A DNA stretch of 64,000 nt from Paraphysomonas bandaiensis. Its lineage: Eukaryota; Protista; Chrysophyceae. The stretch covers positions 248,001 through 312,000 of the forward strand of contig CBFFRP010000288.1 of NCBI GenBank assembly GCA_965644295.1. Reading direction: 5' to 3'. Below, in pieces: positions 12,701 through 25,839 of the stretch (the stretch's first letter is position 1; the number at the start of each line of letters is the position of its first letter). Made by a program: the position numbers and the translations under genes. Below the pieces are notes generated by a model. It worked only from the letters and a program-made list of their open reading frames with translations, ran no database searches and was not told the origin of the DNA.

Positions 12701-15700
12701 CCGATGATTTTGAAGCTCATTGCGAAGACACTGATAGTCCTCATTAACCGAGCAGCCAAGAGCTTCCTCCACAATTTTCAATAGGTGTACACTTTTCTTC
12801 GCTACAGAGACATCTTCGTCTAAAACTTTCGTATTCGTCGATGACTTGGTACGAGCAAAATTACTAGTCACATTCTTAATTTCGCTGTTATCTATAGTAC
12901 GGGCAGCAAGGATATTCGATATCAGAGCTTCGATGGCTAATGCACAGGGTGTTCCAACGACCGCAGCAATTACAGCAACAGCAACGATTCTGTAAAGCTC
13001 CCCATCTATCTCTCTAAAGTGACATGATGAGTTATTTCTGTCCCAATAGCATTTGGATTCATGATCAGCTAGAGATGACATCTCACTGAGACACTGCTCC
13101 TCTGAGTCATATTTCTCACACGAACCATCATTCGGGTCGGCAATATTATATGTCAATGCTTCAATGAAAAGCATAACCAATATATTCATCATCAGAGATA
13201 GCACCCGCAATGGCCGAGGAAACGTTGACGATGTATGTAAAATAACTCCAGCCCATCTAATAAGTGCATATATGCCTGTCAATATCACAAGAAATCAATG
13301 TCTAAGGCATACCTGTGGTACATTTTTGCTTCGATGACGTACTTCTTCCAAAGGGGAAGAGGCTTTAGAACTGTCGGAAGGGCGGTCTCCACAGTCTTCT
13401 CCTCGGGAGGAACAACAAAAGATTTTGTTCGATTTCTAGCTGACATAGATTTTATTGATTGTGGTTTTATAGGACCAACATTCTTTTGTGGACGCAGCAC
13501 CCGCTCCCACGACACATTCTGGCGATATAACCTTTTCCTAATCGAATTTTCTACTACCTTCACATCTTTTTCTCTACATTCGTCCAAAATTTTTAGTTCC
13601 TCTGCAAAAGTTGTATCTGTCCACCATCCCAAGAGCATGAAAAAGACACCAACTGCACCAATAGATCCAACAGTCACAAGAACACGCCAGTTGCTCTTAC
13701 TATCACTGGCACTGAGACCAGCAGCGCTTTTCCATGTACTCACAAACTCAACCGTTAACGACTCCACGACTGCGACAAAATTGAGTGATATCTCTCCATT
13801 ATTCTTGGAATCATCAGCTCCACTTTCCAGCAGCTTGCGTTGATTAGAGTAGTGAGGTAAACTACATTGGCAGGTAACATTTGTGCTAGTGTATTGCACT
13901 AAATCGCACACGGTCGCTGATGTGCCTATGGACTCGCACACTGCACGCGGTTGATATACAGGACAGGTCTTCTTCCACGCGCCTGCAACAGATCCGTTGC
14001 AACTTGCACTCAGAAGATCACCCAGGGGACATGTATAGTTATGCTCTTCCACTAAACCGTCTCTACACTGAAACTCAACCGTGATAGGGTCATAGATTTC
14101 CTCGTCAATACTCACTGGGAACTCATATTGCAGTATAATGTTGATATGGCATGCCGAATCGGGTAGATCGGTACAAGGAGACTTATCAAAGTTAAGACCA
14201 AATGGTACTGATACGTAGGATCCATTGCTCAGATATGGTCTTTCAACTGCGACTACTTTTAACGATTCATCTATTCTGTTTCTTTGAATATGAGCAACAT
14301 GAGCAGAAGCATTTACTGCCTTCTCAATCGGCGACAGAGGGGAGAGTACAGAACTATTACTCTGCCCGTCTAGCGACACTGACACAAGCCTGAAGGCTTG
14401 GTTAATCAATACAATTGGATGCTGTCCTTCAGCCATGTCAGTTGCTATGTATTCCCCAAACAGCTGCAGCAGATCAAAAGCAGCATAGTTACTAGTAGAC
14501 AGAACTATATCGAGTATACTCGCAGTGCTAGTTATTTCCTCAAACTGCAATCCTAAATCGGCAGCCGTATAGATAAATTCAATCGTCATTGCTGCAACTA
14601 ACATCCTTGTTTCTGCCTTCAAGCTGTTGGAATCAGCTGCAATTGCAGACAAAACTTTCAGCCAAGAAACCACACTTTCAGATGTCGCATCTTCAGTTAA
14701 AGATATGTTTCGGACGACAACAGCAATATCATGTCGAATACTCTGAAGCAATCCGAAATCATACCCTGTATACTCACAGCTCGAACCTTCGTAACCACTT
14801 TCACATACGCAGACCGCCTTGCAATTAAAATCCAGAACGGTGCATGTCTCAAGCACAAAACTACCATTTAGAGTGGAAATAAAAGAACACGCGCCATGTC
14901 CTGAACATTCATTCGTACACTCCTGCGAAGCAACACGACAGACACCATGAACACACACTTCCCAGAGATCAACATTACAATGTTCATTCAATGAGCATTC
15001 AGTGTCAACTGATGACAATTGATCCCATCCTGCCAGTCGCCTAGATGTCATATTCGATTCATCAACTCCCTTAACGCAAATAGAGTTCTTGTGCCCATTC
15101 TCTCCAAGGTATCCCTCCAAGCATTTCCCACACGTGGATTTATACACACTACACTGCTGTCGGTGCAGTTGTGTACAGTTCGGAGCGGTGGTGCAATTCA
15201 CAGCATTGATTATGGATGAAGTAAGCGCCGCAGCTTGCTTTAATTCATCTAATTACACAAAATAAATACAGTCGTACAAAATATTTGATGTTTTGCTACC
15301 TGCGAACCCACTTGCATTGATAATAGCAGAGCTGAAATACTCCTGAGCTCTTACTGGTGTGACTTCGACTCCCTCGAATACAACAACTGGCACTATAACA
15401 ATACGCCTAGCATCCAATTTATCGAACACCTGCAGCTGAGTCAGAATTTCGAAATTGTTCCGCTGCAACCCAGCAGGGAACTTTGCCAGCATATACGTCA
15501 ACTCCTGTCTGGCTCGTTGAACTAAATATTCTCCTGTCGCAGATATATACGAAAACTCGTATGTTATTGGGATATCGATGTCCTCCCACAGCAAAGCCTG
15601 ACACAAGAATTCAGTTTCCAACTTGGTACCGTTACTTGGCGACACAGTATAGTCACCGGGGTGTGGAGGGGAATTAGTTGATATCAATATCTTGGCATTC

Positions 15701-18700
15701 GCGATATGCCCAGTTTCAGTTGTGCCACGCAAGCTGAATACAAAAGTAGAGTCCTCTGAAAGAGCGTTAGGAGAAATAACTAAACTGAAACCAAACACGT
15801 GTTTTTTTCCTACACTACGAGGACGGACTGAGAAAGTTCTTGCAATATCGCTCAGTGCAACCACATTCATATCAACAGATGGATCACTTACACTCCACAC
15901 TATATTGGTAGTCGAGGTGGCCTCTACTTGAGCAACTAGTTTCAATTTCTTCGAAGGATTGATACGTGTTGATCCAACTGCCTCCAGAGACATAATTGGA
16001 GCTAGTGATGGCAATATCTCAACTTGTATGGATGCGAGAGATGCTCGCTTATCATAAATATGCTCAACTGACACTGTGACCTCGTGGACTGTACCAAGCA
16101 AGGAACTATTAGTTGGTACTGACAACTCAACGCTTGCTGCTGATACATGATGCATATCTAGATAACAGGAAGTTGCTATTGTTGGGTAAACTTGTGTGCA
16201 TGTAAAATCGAATTGTAGATAATATATCCCTTCGTTGCTGTCTTCATCGTAGCTAGATGATGCATCCACCGATATAGATCTGTCCTCCTGTAAACCTCGT
16301 TCTGACGGACCGGAAATTCGAGCCACAACACTGCCTTGTAGCACAGATACCGACACAGTGGAGCTTGACGACTTCAGTGAAATCAAATGCTTCACCGTTA
16401 GAGTTACATAGTATACCCTCCCAACCTCCAGCGAATAAGCAGGTAGCTGAAATACTGTCCTGTCCGTTGAAGACGATGTGAGACTTAATGGCACCTCGTT
16501 AGATGCAGTTATGCTCCAGGAAAAAAACAAGTTTGCTTTATTTTTTTCTCCGTCACACGTAGATGTAAAAGCACCACCAGTGATGCGTAGAGGAGAAAAG
16601 CGATTCGTGTAAACCATCTTTGGTTTGTAAATAGAAACAATTGGAAAGTTAGATGCTGTTGAAACCACAACTTTGTGTGATCCAGTACTGCAAACATTTA
16701 GGAAGGAACATAATTCTACAGATATACTGTACACATACCCTGGGATGAGGACATCTTGTGATATAACAACCAGCGATTTGAATTCGACTATGCTGTCCAA
16801 ATACATTTGCAGTGGTACTACTGTTGGGGCTGTGGTAGATGCAATGAGCGCGACAGATTTGAATGCCCGTCCACCAGATCCTGAAGACCCTGACAGATCA
16901 AGGGTAAGAGAATCACAGGGCCCTATGATGCTAGGTGCAAGAATAGACACCACTGGAGGCACTGGGTTCACAGGACCACCAATTGTAACATTTTCAGCAG
17001 AGCTATATTTCCACGAGGAGCACATTGACAAAGATGTACTTGTGCTATCCAAACACTTAGCCTGAATTACACCGCCTCTAAAGTGAAGTATATCTCCAAT
17101 CCTGGCCCCGATATCACCACTTGTGTATATCCTAACTACAGAGTCACTCTCCCAAAGACAGTTATTCATAATAAAACTACTAGTGATGAATACTGCGGAG
17201 CAGGTAAAGGCATTGGAATAAGTGGCTCTATTAGTCGGAGTGTCGAACGCTACAATCACTGCAGTGCCATCATCAGAAAATGAGGCAGATATGATTGACG
17301 GTACTGGCGGCTCGGCTGTAGAATTCACCACCTTTAATATATTGCTCCCTGAAAATGAAACTTTATACAAATGTGAAGATGGCCCAGACAATGAAGCCTG
17401 AACAGTATAAACACCAGGAGGAGAGCGTAAGTAAGAAATATATGCACTCTTGAATTTCGAATTCGGTGAAAATATAAGAGCTGATGGCAAAAGTATATTC
17501 GTATCAGTTCCAGCCGAGTTGACGGATATCACACTGATATTAATACTTTCACTGGGAAGAGATTTAAGCGATACCAACACAGCTCTTGGAGAATCCATGG
17601 TGTCCGAAAACGACTGTTGCTGCAACATTATAGATACAGACCGACAACATGACGTTGAAGCGGAGAGCTTCGTGTTTAGCATAGATGAATAACTCATCGG
17701 TACACCTAACCCCGAGTATGTTGCACAGTGCAGTTCATACAGTGTGGCTGGTTGGAGGTTCGATAATTCGTAAGACCCTGTTATAGACTTCACATCTCTT
17801 ACACTCCCGCGAAATAAGAGTGAGTCAACAGTTTCAGGTGCTTCGAGCAAAGGAATATACGCAGCGCAAACAATGGATCCGGTTGCCTCTGATACTGAGT
17901 ATGAGAGGGTCAATGCTGACGAACGCGAAGACGAAACTTCGATAGCTGTTATAGCAGGCGCAACAGATACATCATTGAAGCCAATAGTCAGTAATCGCAA
18001 GACACTATCCCGAGAAGAATCACGACAAGAAAATTCATAGGTCTCGGGCTCCTCGACGGTACATGGCTGTGTACAGTTAACACATAAAAAAACGCTTGTT
18101 GCCCCAGCACACCTTCCAACAGTCCAGTTGGACATCCCACAGCGATAAGAATAATACACGTCACTGTCAATATCATTTGACGATAGAGTATCCAAATGAC
18201 TCATTAGCCTCACTGGAATGCCGTCATCTGAACAGTATATCGCATTTTTGACAATTGGACTAGTAGGAGTTAGAGAAGCAGCAAAGGCCAACATCGTTGG
18301 CATGTACGAAATCAAAGCCGTGTGCAAGGTATTCCCTACAAACACGGACCACTCAGCACACCCACCGTGCACACGCTCGCCATTCACAATTAAATCTTTA
18401 ACCACCTCGAGATAAGAAGACTGCAAATCTGATGTACCAATGAACTCCTTGATAAACTCGCTGATATCATTTTCCCACATGGTCACAACTGATAGAGTGG
18501 GAGAATTGGTAGGTACACATGAGGGTCGCGTGGTGTAGGTCGGCGAAGAAGTAGGATACCGCGTAATAGTTGGCACAGGTGCCTGAGTAGGTCTCACAGT
18601 GGGATGGGAGGTAGGTCTTCTCGTGGGTCTACATGTAGGTCTACTTGTGGGCTTGCATGACGGGGACGACGACGGTAGACCCGATGGGGTACCTGTTGGA

Positions 18701-21700
18701 TAGCTAGTGGGCTGTCCTGTTGGCTGTCTCGAGGGCACGCTGGTTGGTAGGACACTTGGTATACCTGAGGGCATACAAGTCGGAGCACTCGTGGGTTGTC
18801 CTGTAGGTTGACTACTCGGTTGGCAAGAAGGTGACCCTGTTGGATCACTGGTAGGTAGCCCAGTTGGCTGCATAGTGGGCTGACCACTTGGTTTACTACT
18901 CGGAAAACCAGTAGGGTTGCCAGTTGGCTTACCCGTAGGAAATCCACTCGGCTGACCTGTCGGCGGGCTACTTGGTTCACGGCTAGGCAATCCAGTTGGT
19001 TGGCCAGTCGGCAGGCTACTTGGTTCACTTGAAGGCAATCCAGTTGGCTGACCTGATGGTATACCACTTGGGTCTAAACTAGGGATTCCTGTCGGCTGTC
19101 CAGTCGGTAGTGTACTCGGTTCACTACTAGGTAATCCTGTCGGTTGACAAGTCGGTAGGCTACTTGGTTCACTTGAAGGCAATCCAGTTGGCTGACCTGA
19201 TGGTATACCACTTGGGTCTGAACTAGGGATTCCTGTCGGCTGTCCAGTCGGTAGTGTACTTGGTTCACTAGTAGGTAATCCGGTTGGATGACCAGTCGGT
19301 AGGCTACTCGGTTTAGTGCTAGGCAGCCCTGTCGGTTGACCAGTCGGTAGGCTACTTGGTTCACTTGAAGGCAATCCAGTTGGCTGACCTGATGGTATAC
19401 CACTTGGGTCTAAACTAGGGATTCCTGTCGGCTGTCCAGTCGGTAGTGTACTCGGTTCACTACTAGGTAATCCTGTCGGTTGACAAGTCGGTAGGCTACT
19501 TGGTTCACTTGAAGGCAATCCAGTTGGCTGACCTGATGGTATACCACTTGGGTCTGAACTAGGGATTCCTGTCGGCTGTCCAGTCGGTAGTGTACTTGGT
19601 TCACTAGTAGGTAATCCGGTTGGATGACCAGTCGGTAGGCTACTCGGTTTAGTGCTAGGCAGCCCTGTCGGTTGACCAGTCGGTAGGCTACTTGGTTCAC
19701 TTGAAGGCAATCCAGTTGGCTGACCTGATGGTATACCACTTGGGTCTAAACTAGGGATTCCTGTCGGCTGTCCAGTCGGTAGTGTACTCGGTTCACTACT
19801 AGGTAATCCTGTCGGTTGACAAGTCGGTAGGCTACTTGGTTCACTTGAAGGCAATCCAGTTGGCTGACCTGATGGTATACCACTTGGGTCTGAACTAGGG
19901 ATTCCTGTCGGCTGTCCAGTCGGTAGTGTACTTGGTTCACTAGTAGGTAATCCGGTTGGATGACCAGTCGGTAGGCTACTCGGTTTAGTGCTAGGCAGCC
20001 CTGTCGGTTGACCAGTCGGTAGGCTACTTGGTTCACTTGAAGGCAATCCAGTTGGCTGACCTGATGGTATACCACTTGGGTCTAAACTAGGGATTCCTGT
20101 CGGCTGTCCAGTCGGTAGTGTACTCGGTTCACTACTAGGTAACCCTGTTGGATGACAAGTCGGTAGACTACTTGGTTCACTTGAAGGCAATCCAGTTGGC
20201 TGACCTGATGGTATACCACTTGGGTCTGAACTAGGGATTCCTGTCGGCTGTCCAGTCGGTAGGCTACTTGGTTCACTAGTAGGTAATCCGGTTGGATGAC
20301 CAGTCGGTAGGCTACTTGGTTCACGGCTAGGCAACCCTGTCGGTTGACCAGTCGGTAGGCTACTTGGTTCACTTGAAGGCAATCCAGTTGGCTGACCTGA
20401 TGGTATACCACTTGGGTCTAAACTAGGGATTCCTGTCGGCTGTCCAGTCGGTAGTGTACTCGGTTCACTACTAGGTAACCCTGTTGGATGACCAGTCGGT
20501 AGACTACTTGGTTCACTTGAAGGCAATCCAGCTGGCTGACCTGATGGTATACCACTTGGGTCTGAACTAGGGATTCCTGTCGGCTGTCCAGTCGGTAGGC
20601 TACTTGGTTCACTAGTAGGTAACCCTGTTGGATGACCAGTCGGTAGGCTACTCGGTTTAGTGCTAGGTAATCCACTAGGTTGACCAGTCGGTAGGCTACT
20701 TGGTTCACTTGAAGGCAATCCAGTTGGCTGATCTGATGGTATACCACTTGGGTCTGAACTAGGGATTCCTGTCGGCTGTCCAGTCGGTAGTGTACTCGGT
20801 TCACTACTAGGTAATCCTGTCGGTTGACAAGTCGGTTGGGTACTTGGTGACCCAGTTGGCCGACCTGATGGCATACCACTTGGGTCTGAACTGGGTATTC
20901 CCGTCGGCTGTTCAGAGGGCAGGCTACTTGGTTCACTACTAGGTAATCCAGTTGGCTGAGCGGTGGGTAAATGTGAAGGCAACGGAGTCAAAATCGTTGC
21001 TGCAAACGCTTTCAAGCCAGTAATCTTTCGTATTCTATTATTTCCTAAGTCACAGAATATAGCAGAGTCTCCATCAGACGAAACTCTTGAAATCCCGTAA
21101 GCATTATTCATTTTGACCGACGCCCCAGTGCCATCCTGCATACCACCACTTCCAGACCCGACAAGTGACATGACTGCGCGCGCCGCTAAACTGATAAAGC
21201 GTATTAAATGCGCCCCCTCATCAAGAACAAGCGCAAAGGAATTATCTGGAGAGAAAGATATGTCTTGGGGAGCAATAAATTTAGCATTAGTCCCAATACC
21301 ATTAGTAATGGATGTAGCGCCACCACTTCCAGCCAGTGTGGTCACCACTCGAGTAGATAGTACAATTTTACGAATATTACCATACGTTTCTGCAACCAGG
21401 GCAAACGACTCATCCGGGGCTATCGCAATTCCACTTGGACTAGAAAATGATGCTGTAGTACCAGTACCATCCACACTTGAGGGTGATCCCGACCCGGCAA
21501 AGTTGCCATAGATAAAAGTTACTAGGTCATAGCTCACTATTTTATGGTTCGTGATATCTAAAACTAGGGCTAAACTTTCATTTGAAAATACAGCAACGCT
21601 CTTATATATACTGGTCGATGATAATAAGGTCGATACATAAGCAGAGGACAGGTCTATATTTCGTAAATAGTTACCGTCGCACAACAACACCGCCGAGTCA

Positions 21701-22319
21701 TTCTTGTACATAGTCATGTGCCAAATGGTCATAAAATTTGCATGAGTTCCGTATCCGTCACTTGGTTCTGGTTCTGAGTTGCCTGCGACTGTGCTGACTT
21801 GCAATGTGGACATTACAATTTTCCTGAGCAGTTTGGTTGTCAAGTCACCAATGAGGAGGAACGACTCGTCGGAAGACCAAGATATTCCAAGAGGATAGTA
21901 AAAATTCGCATTTGTACCAATACCATCATTCGAACTTGCAGTGCCAGACCCTGCTATAGTAGATACAGATACCAAATCTGAATATAGCAGAAGAGTGGTC
22001 AACAGTAAATGATACGTAGGTCGCATGAATCCACCTACCTGATGAGAGCAAGCGGTGATATGCTACCCTATCTGTTATATTAGAAACGCCATATTCCTGA
22101 GTAAATGTGGTATTTTGGCCGCTTAGAGCGACTTCTTCAGTAAACAACGGCAGATTGTAAGTTGTTTCATCTGGGGTAATCTCTGATCTCTCATGTTTTA
22201 TGGTTACTGAAGTATCGTATATAAATATCAGCAGGCTGTGATATGAATGATATTATAATACCTGTGGAAGCTGTATATAATCTAGACAGTATAACTATCA
22301 ATATAATGCTAGAAAACAT
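9737..22319 (-). CDS. Giant polycystin-1-like surface receptor: signal peptide, NHL-type beta-propeller, P/S/T stalk, REJ module, EGF-like, GPS-like Cys motif, multi-TM, long cytosolic tail
   Basis: Spliced start MFSSIILIVILSRLYTAST at 22319. NHL repeats (VSTIAGSG..DG.GT.A.F..P.GI). REJ hallmarks LDLSGSSGSGGR, VDASSSYDED and NSPPHPGDYTVSPSNG..WEDIDIPITYEF. EGF CSGHGAC..CVCESGYEGSSC. NVTCQC then TM segments. ORFs 15253-22026, 13285-15201, 12644-13288, 12293-12523 and 9737-12292 are joined by short GT-AG introns; boundaries near 12250-12660 are less certain. Confidence 0.8.
18590..20970 (-). repeat. Coding tandem repeat: 12-bp (P-[ST]-x-x) units within 48-bp units within 336-bp higher-order units
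   Basis: PTGLPSSEPSSLPTGQ-type 16-aa units. Alternative-frame ORFs end at 19074, 19410, 19746, 20082 and 20418, a 336-bp period (7 x 48). Confidence 0.95.
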
Positions 22320-22999
22320 TGTTTAGTTTTTCATAGCCGATCGTGTAGGTTCCAGACTGCAGTGATTAAACAACATCTCCTGGTTCCAATTGACAATTGT
22401 GAACAGGATTGAATAATGATCTCACTCTCTCTCTATATATATACACTACCATACTATGAACTTGTGGATGAAGTCCAACAGCCGCAACTAGCCTTCATGA
22501 TATGGCCGTCGAATATACTACGATACACCTACGAAGTTTTGGTATGGTAAATGATATCTGGATACCTTGAATTTTGATGCCTTTTTCATAGATTTCTAGA
22601 TTTTGTTTAGTGTATTTTTAATATGAAGTTTACAGTTGGTCAAAAAGTTGTTATGGAATTCCTAGCTTCTAGATTATACAGTGGTATACTTAAGGTATAC
22701 AGATGTATGCCTTAAGTCAACTGCTATTATCAATGTCATAAGAGATGAACGTCTATCTCACATCACTCTATGTAATGATCAATATATGACTACTTATATA
22801 GAGTGAAAATATATGATGTGGTTTGGAAATTATAAGAAGTGAAACTCAGCTTCTTTTTCTATAATTTCTATTACAAATTTTTGAATATTTTCTCATTATT
22901 TCAAAACTGTTTCTATCATTCAGATAGTGCATTGTATGATCTCATATAATTATCTGGTGCTCTCATTGTGACATTTATTAATATTTAATACATTTTAAT

Positions 23000-24656
23000 A
23001 TGAAGTCTTCAAGTCGTCCACCCCCAAGAGATCCGCCACCACTGACATCAGATGAAATGGCTGTGATCAAAAAGAAGGTAGCGCCACCAAAAGGACCCCC
23101 TCCAGCTGGTTTGGCAAATTTTAAAGCACCTCGTAAGTATGATGGTGAACGAGATCAAGACCGACATCGTCATGGATATAGCGATGATATATATGGGGAT
23201 GAAGATATGAATCGTCGCCGTCATAACGATAGACGTCGAGACAACAATGACGGAATAACAACTTACTCTCGCCGACCTTATAACAATTCATACGATGACA
23301 AGTCTACTATGAATGCGAGCCCCCACAGCGACGAAGATGTATATAAAAGACAAACTGATGACGATAGTGATAGAGACTACCATCACTCGGGTTACCAGAA
23401 TGACCCGCTGCCTATCGCTGACAGCAAGGTTCAACGAACACACTTCTTTCCTGATAACGATAACAAGTTAGATTCATCCCACCTCCACAGCTCACATCCT
23501 GCAGAAGAGGACAAATCAACGCTTAGCCAAAGTAAAGCATCTAACGAGCGCGATAAGATTTTCAATTTTCGTCGAATTCTACGTGCCTCCTTTAAAGAAC
23601 TCCGAACGTTTGTGACATCACCTTGTGAGCCGAAGGTAGTTGTTCGCTGCTACATTGAGCGGAACAAGAGTGGATCAAACTACCTCTCTCCTGTATATAG
23701 TCTATGTGCTGATCTTGAAGATGGGACGGGAAGAGAACTAATTATCTGCAGAAAGGTCTTTAAGTCACGCACTGCACACTACGTGTTTTCCCTCAAGTCA
23801 GAGGATCTATATCGCAAGCGAGAGCAGCGTAGCCGCTATTACCTCGGCAAGTTGCGGGCTGTTTCCAACACTGAGTATGTTGTTTATGACAATGGGGTGT
23901 GTGATACTCTGCGTCGGACTGAAACGAACGACACGGAAATGGACACCCTCGATGAGCCTGAGAGAGATTCTGTCACACCTACCGTCGTAACTACGTCTGG
24001 AGTTACAGCAGGAGACGACGAGAGCTCATTGTACCGTTCTCATCTTGCTGCTATTCAGTTTAATTCACGTGTTCGACCTGTAGAGACAGGAGAAAGGGGG
24101 ATGGAGGTATCTATCCCATTTGTTGCCCCGGTTGTGTTTTCCCCAAGTGGATTACCAAGCCACCCCCCGCATCCCTCTACCGCACTTAAGTCGATTGACC
24201 TCGTCGAATGCTTCCGTAAGATACGGGAAACTGGGCGACAGAACGATCTTTACGCCTCCAAGTGTTTCGTAATGCATGAAAAGCGCAGTAGATACGATCC
24301 TCTTTCATCTTGTCTCGTTGACTTCCAGGGGCGTGCCACAGTAGCATCTGTCAAAAACTTCCAGTTGATACACTCTCCGCCAATGAATACCTCTCATGGT
24401 CATGCGCCGCGTATAAGACCAGACGATGATATTATCCTTCAGATGGGAAAGGCAAAAATTTAATGAAACTTATTTAGTAAGATTTAATTTTTTTTTCTTG
24501 TACAGATTACTGATGAGTGCTTTAATATGGACTTCAAATATCCGCTAAGTATGCTACAAGCATTTGCGATAGCGATCTCTAGGTCGGGTGATGACGGATT
24601 TCAATTATTCATTAACTGATTACTTGTTTAGGTTCGATGCCCAGCTAACGTGGTGA
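23000..24656 (+). CDS. Tubby-like protein (C-terminal tubby domain), 3 exons
   Basis: VRCYIERNKSG, YLGKLRA..EYVVYDNG, DFQGRATVASVKNFQL. Spliced C-terminus ILQMGK|ITDECFNMDFKYPLSMLQAFAIAISR|FDAQLTW*. Exons 23000-24451, 24506-24582, 24632-24656. Confidence 0.9.
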
Positions 24657-25034
24657 CGCATTCCTGTAAACGCATTCATCAACGTAATTTTATCACATTT
24701 ACCATGAATTGCTGTTCCGTACATGTGGTTACGTTTTCATTTTACGATAGAATTGTCGACAATATTTTATAAACCGGAGAAGCATGCATAACAATGCTAA
24801 TCCCAATGCTTTGAGAGGTAATAAATAGCTAGTATATCACCTGACGGTTGGTAGTTTCTTAGGCAGTTGCTTTTCTTTGCTAGACATAATCCTAATTTTC
24901 TTCACTTGTAGATTTTTTTTGACAAAAATACCACTCTGCTTGACAACTCACGAAAGAGTTAAACTAGAACTATTGTAAATGAAACCAGTAATTAGATTTG
25001 GAAATATTTATTCCCAAAGCGTTTAGTTATATTA

Positions 25035-25330
25035 TTTAACCACGGGCAATAAAAAAAGCTATATCGTCCCGCGCTCAAAATTTTGAAACAAGGGCGAAAT
25101 CCCCGTGTTCTAAATCTAGGCAAGGGACAATACTCCTTATCCCTAGGTTAAATTGTTGCTTATTCTTATAATGTTGAAATCCTAAAAACTAGAATCTATA
25201 ATCTATAAGTATATGTAGCTTGCTTGGTGTGGGACTTGCACGTTTTCGTGGTGTTCTGGGGGATAAATGATAAGTACCGAAGAGATTCCTCCGGGAACTA
25301 ACGTCATACGTCATATATATTGTCAGATAG
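25035..25330. repeat. Dispersed non-coding repeat, family 1 (longest copy)
   Basis: Shares GCTATAT.GTCCCGCGCT.AA..TTTTGAAAC.AGGGCGAAA and TATATGTAGCTTGCTTG with 61400-61575. Shares TTTTCGTGGTGTT..CTGGGGGATAA..AAGTACC..CTCCGGGAACTAACGTC with 54355-54450. Confidence 0.75.
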
Positions 25331-25839
25331 TCAGTAAATAATTTTCTGCCCACCCATAACCTAATGATTTTGTGATACAAGGGACTCAAATAAGTGTCAC
25401 TTGTGTAGGCGACTTCGGGCCTTGACGAATAAACTACAGGCATTAGAGAATGGGCTGCCTGCTTCAGTTAAGCATCCAGGCTGTTAAGAAGATAGTGAAC
25501 AAAGTTGCCTGAAGAGTTGCATGAACATTGTTGTCTAATATTGTTTAGAGGTTCTTCGGAGTGTAGAGGAGATACTATATTCTATATTATCTTAATAACT
25601 CTCAGTTCTATATATAGCAGTACAGGTCATTAGTGGTATCCCATTAATGGCCCATTAATGATGGTCCGGTTACCGGCAATTATAATGGCATTATTTAAAA
25701 TTGTCCCGGCAATTATAATGGCGTTACCATTAATGGTTACCAGGCCCTGGGCTGTTCACCTCAAGGACTCAAAAATTCTGAAGTCATCAGATGTCAGGTA
25801 TAATAACATTCTGCTTGCTCACTGCGTTTGAATTGAGTG

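Noticed and set aside
9737-15260. Alternative genetic code or stop readthrough to explain fragmented ORFs
   Set aside because: The breaks are explained by short GT-AG introns. TAA, TAG and TGA all act as normal stops in conserved genes.
18594-20936. Repeated 109-aa ORFs (MVYHQVSQLDCLQ...)
   Set aside because: Alternative-frame shadows of the 336-bp coding repeat in the receptor gene.
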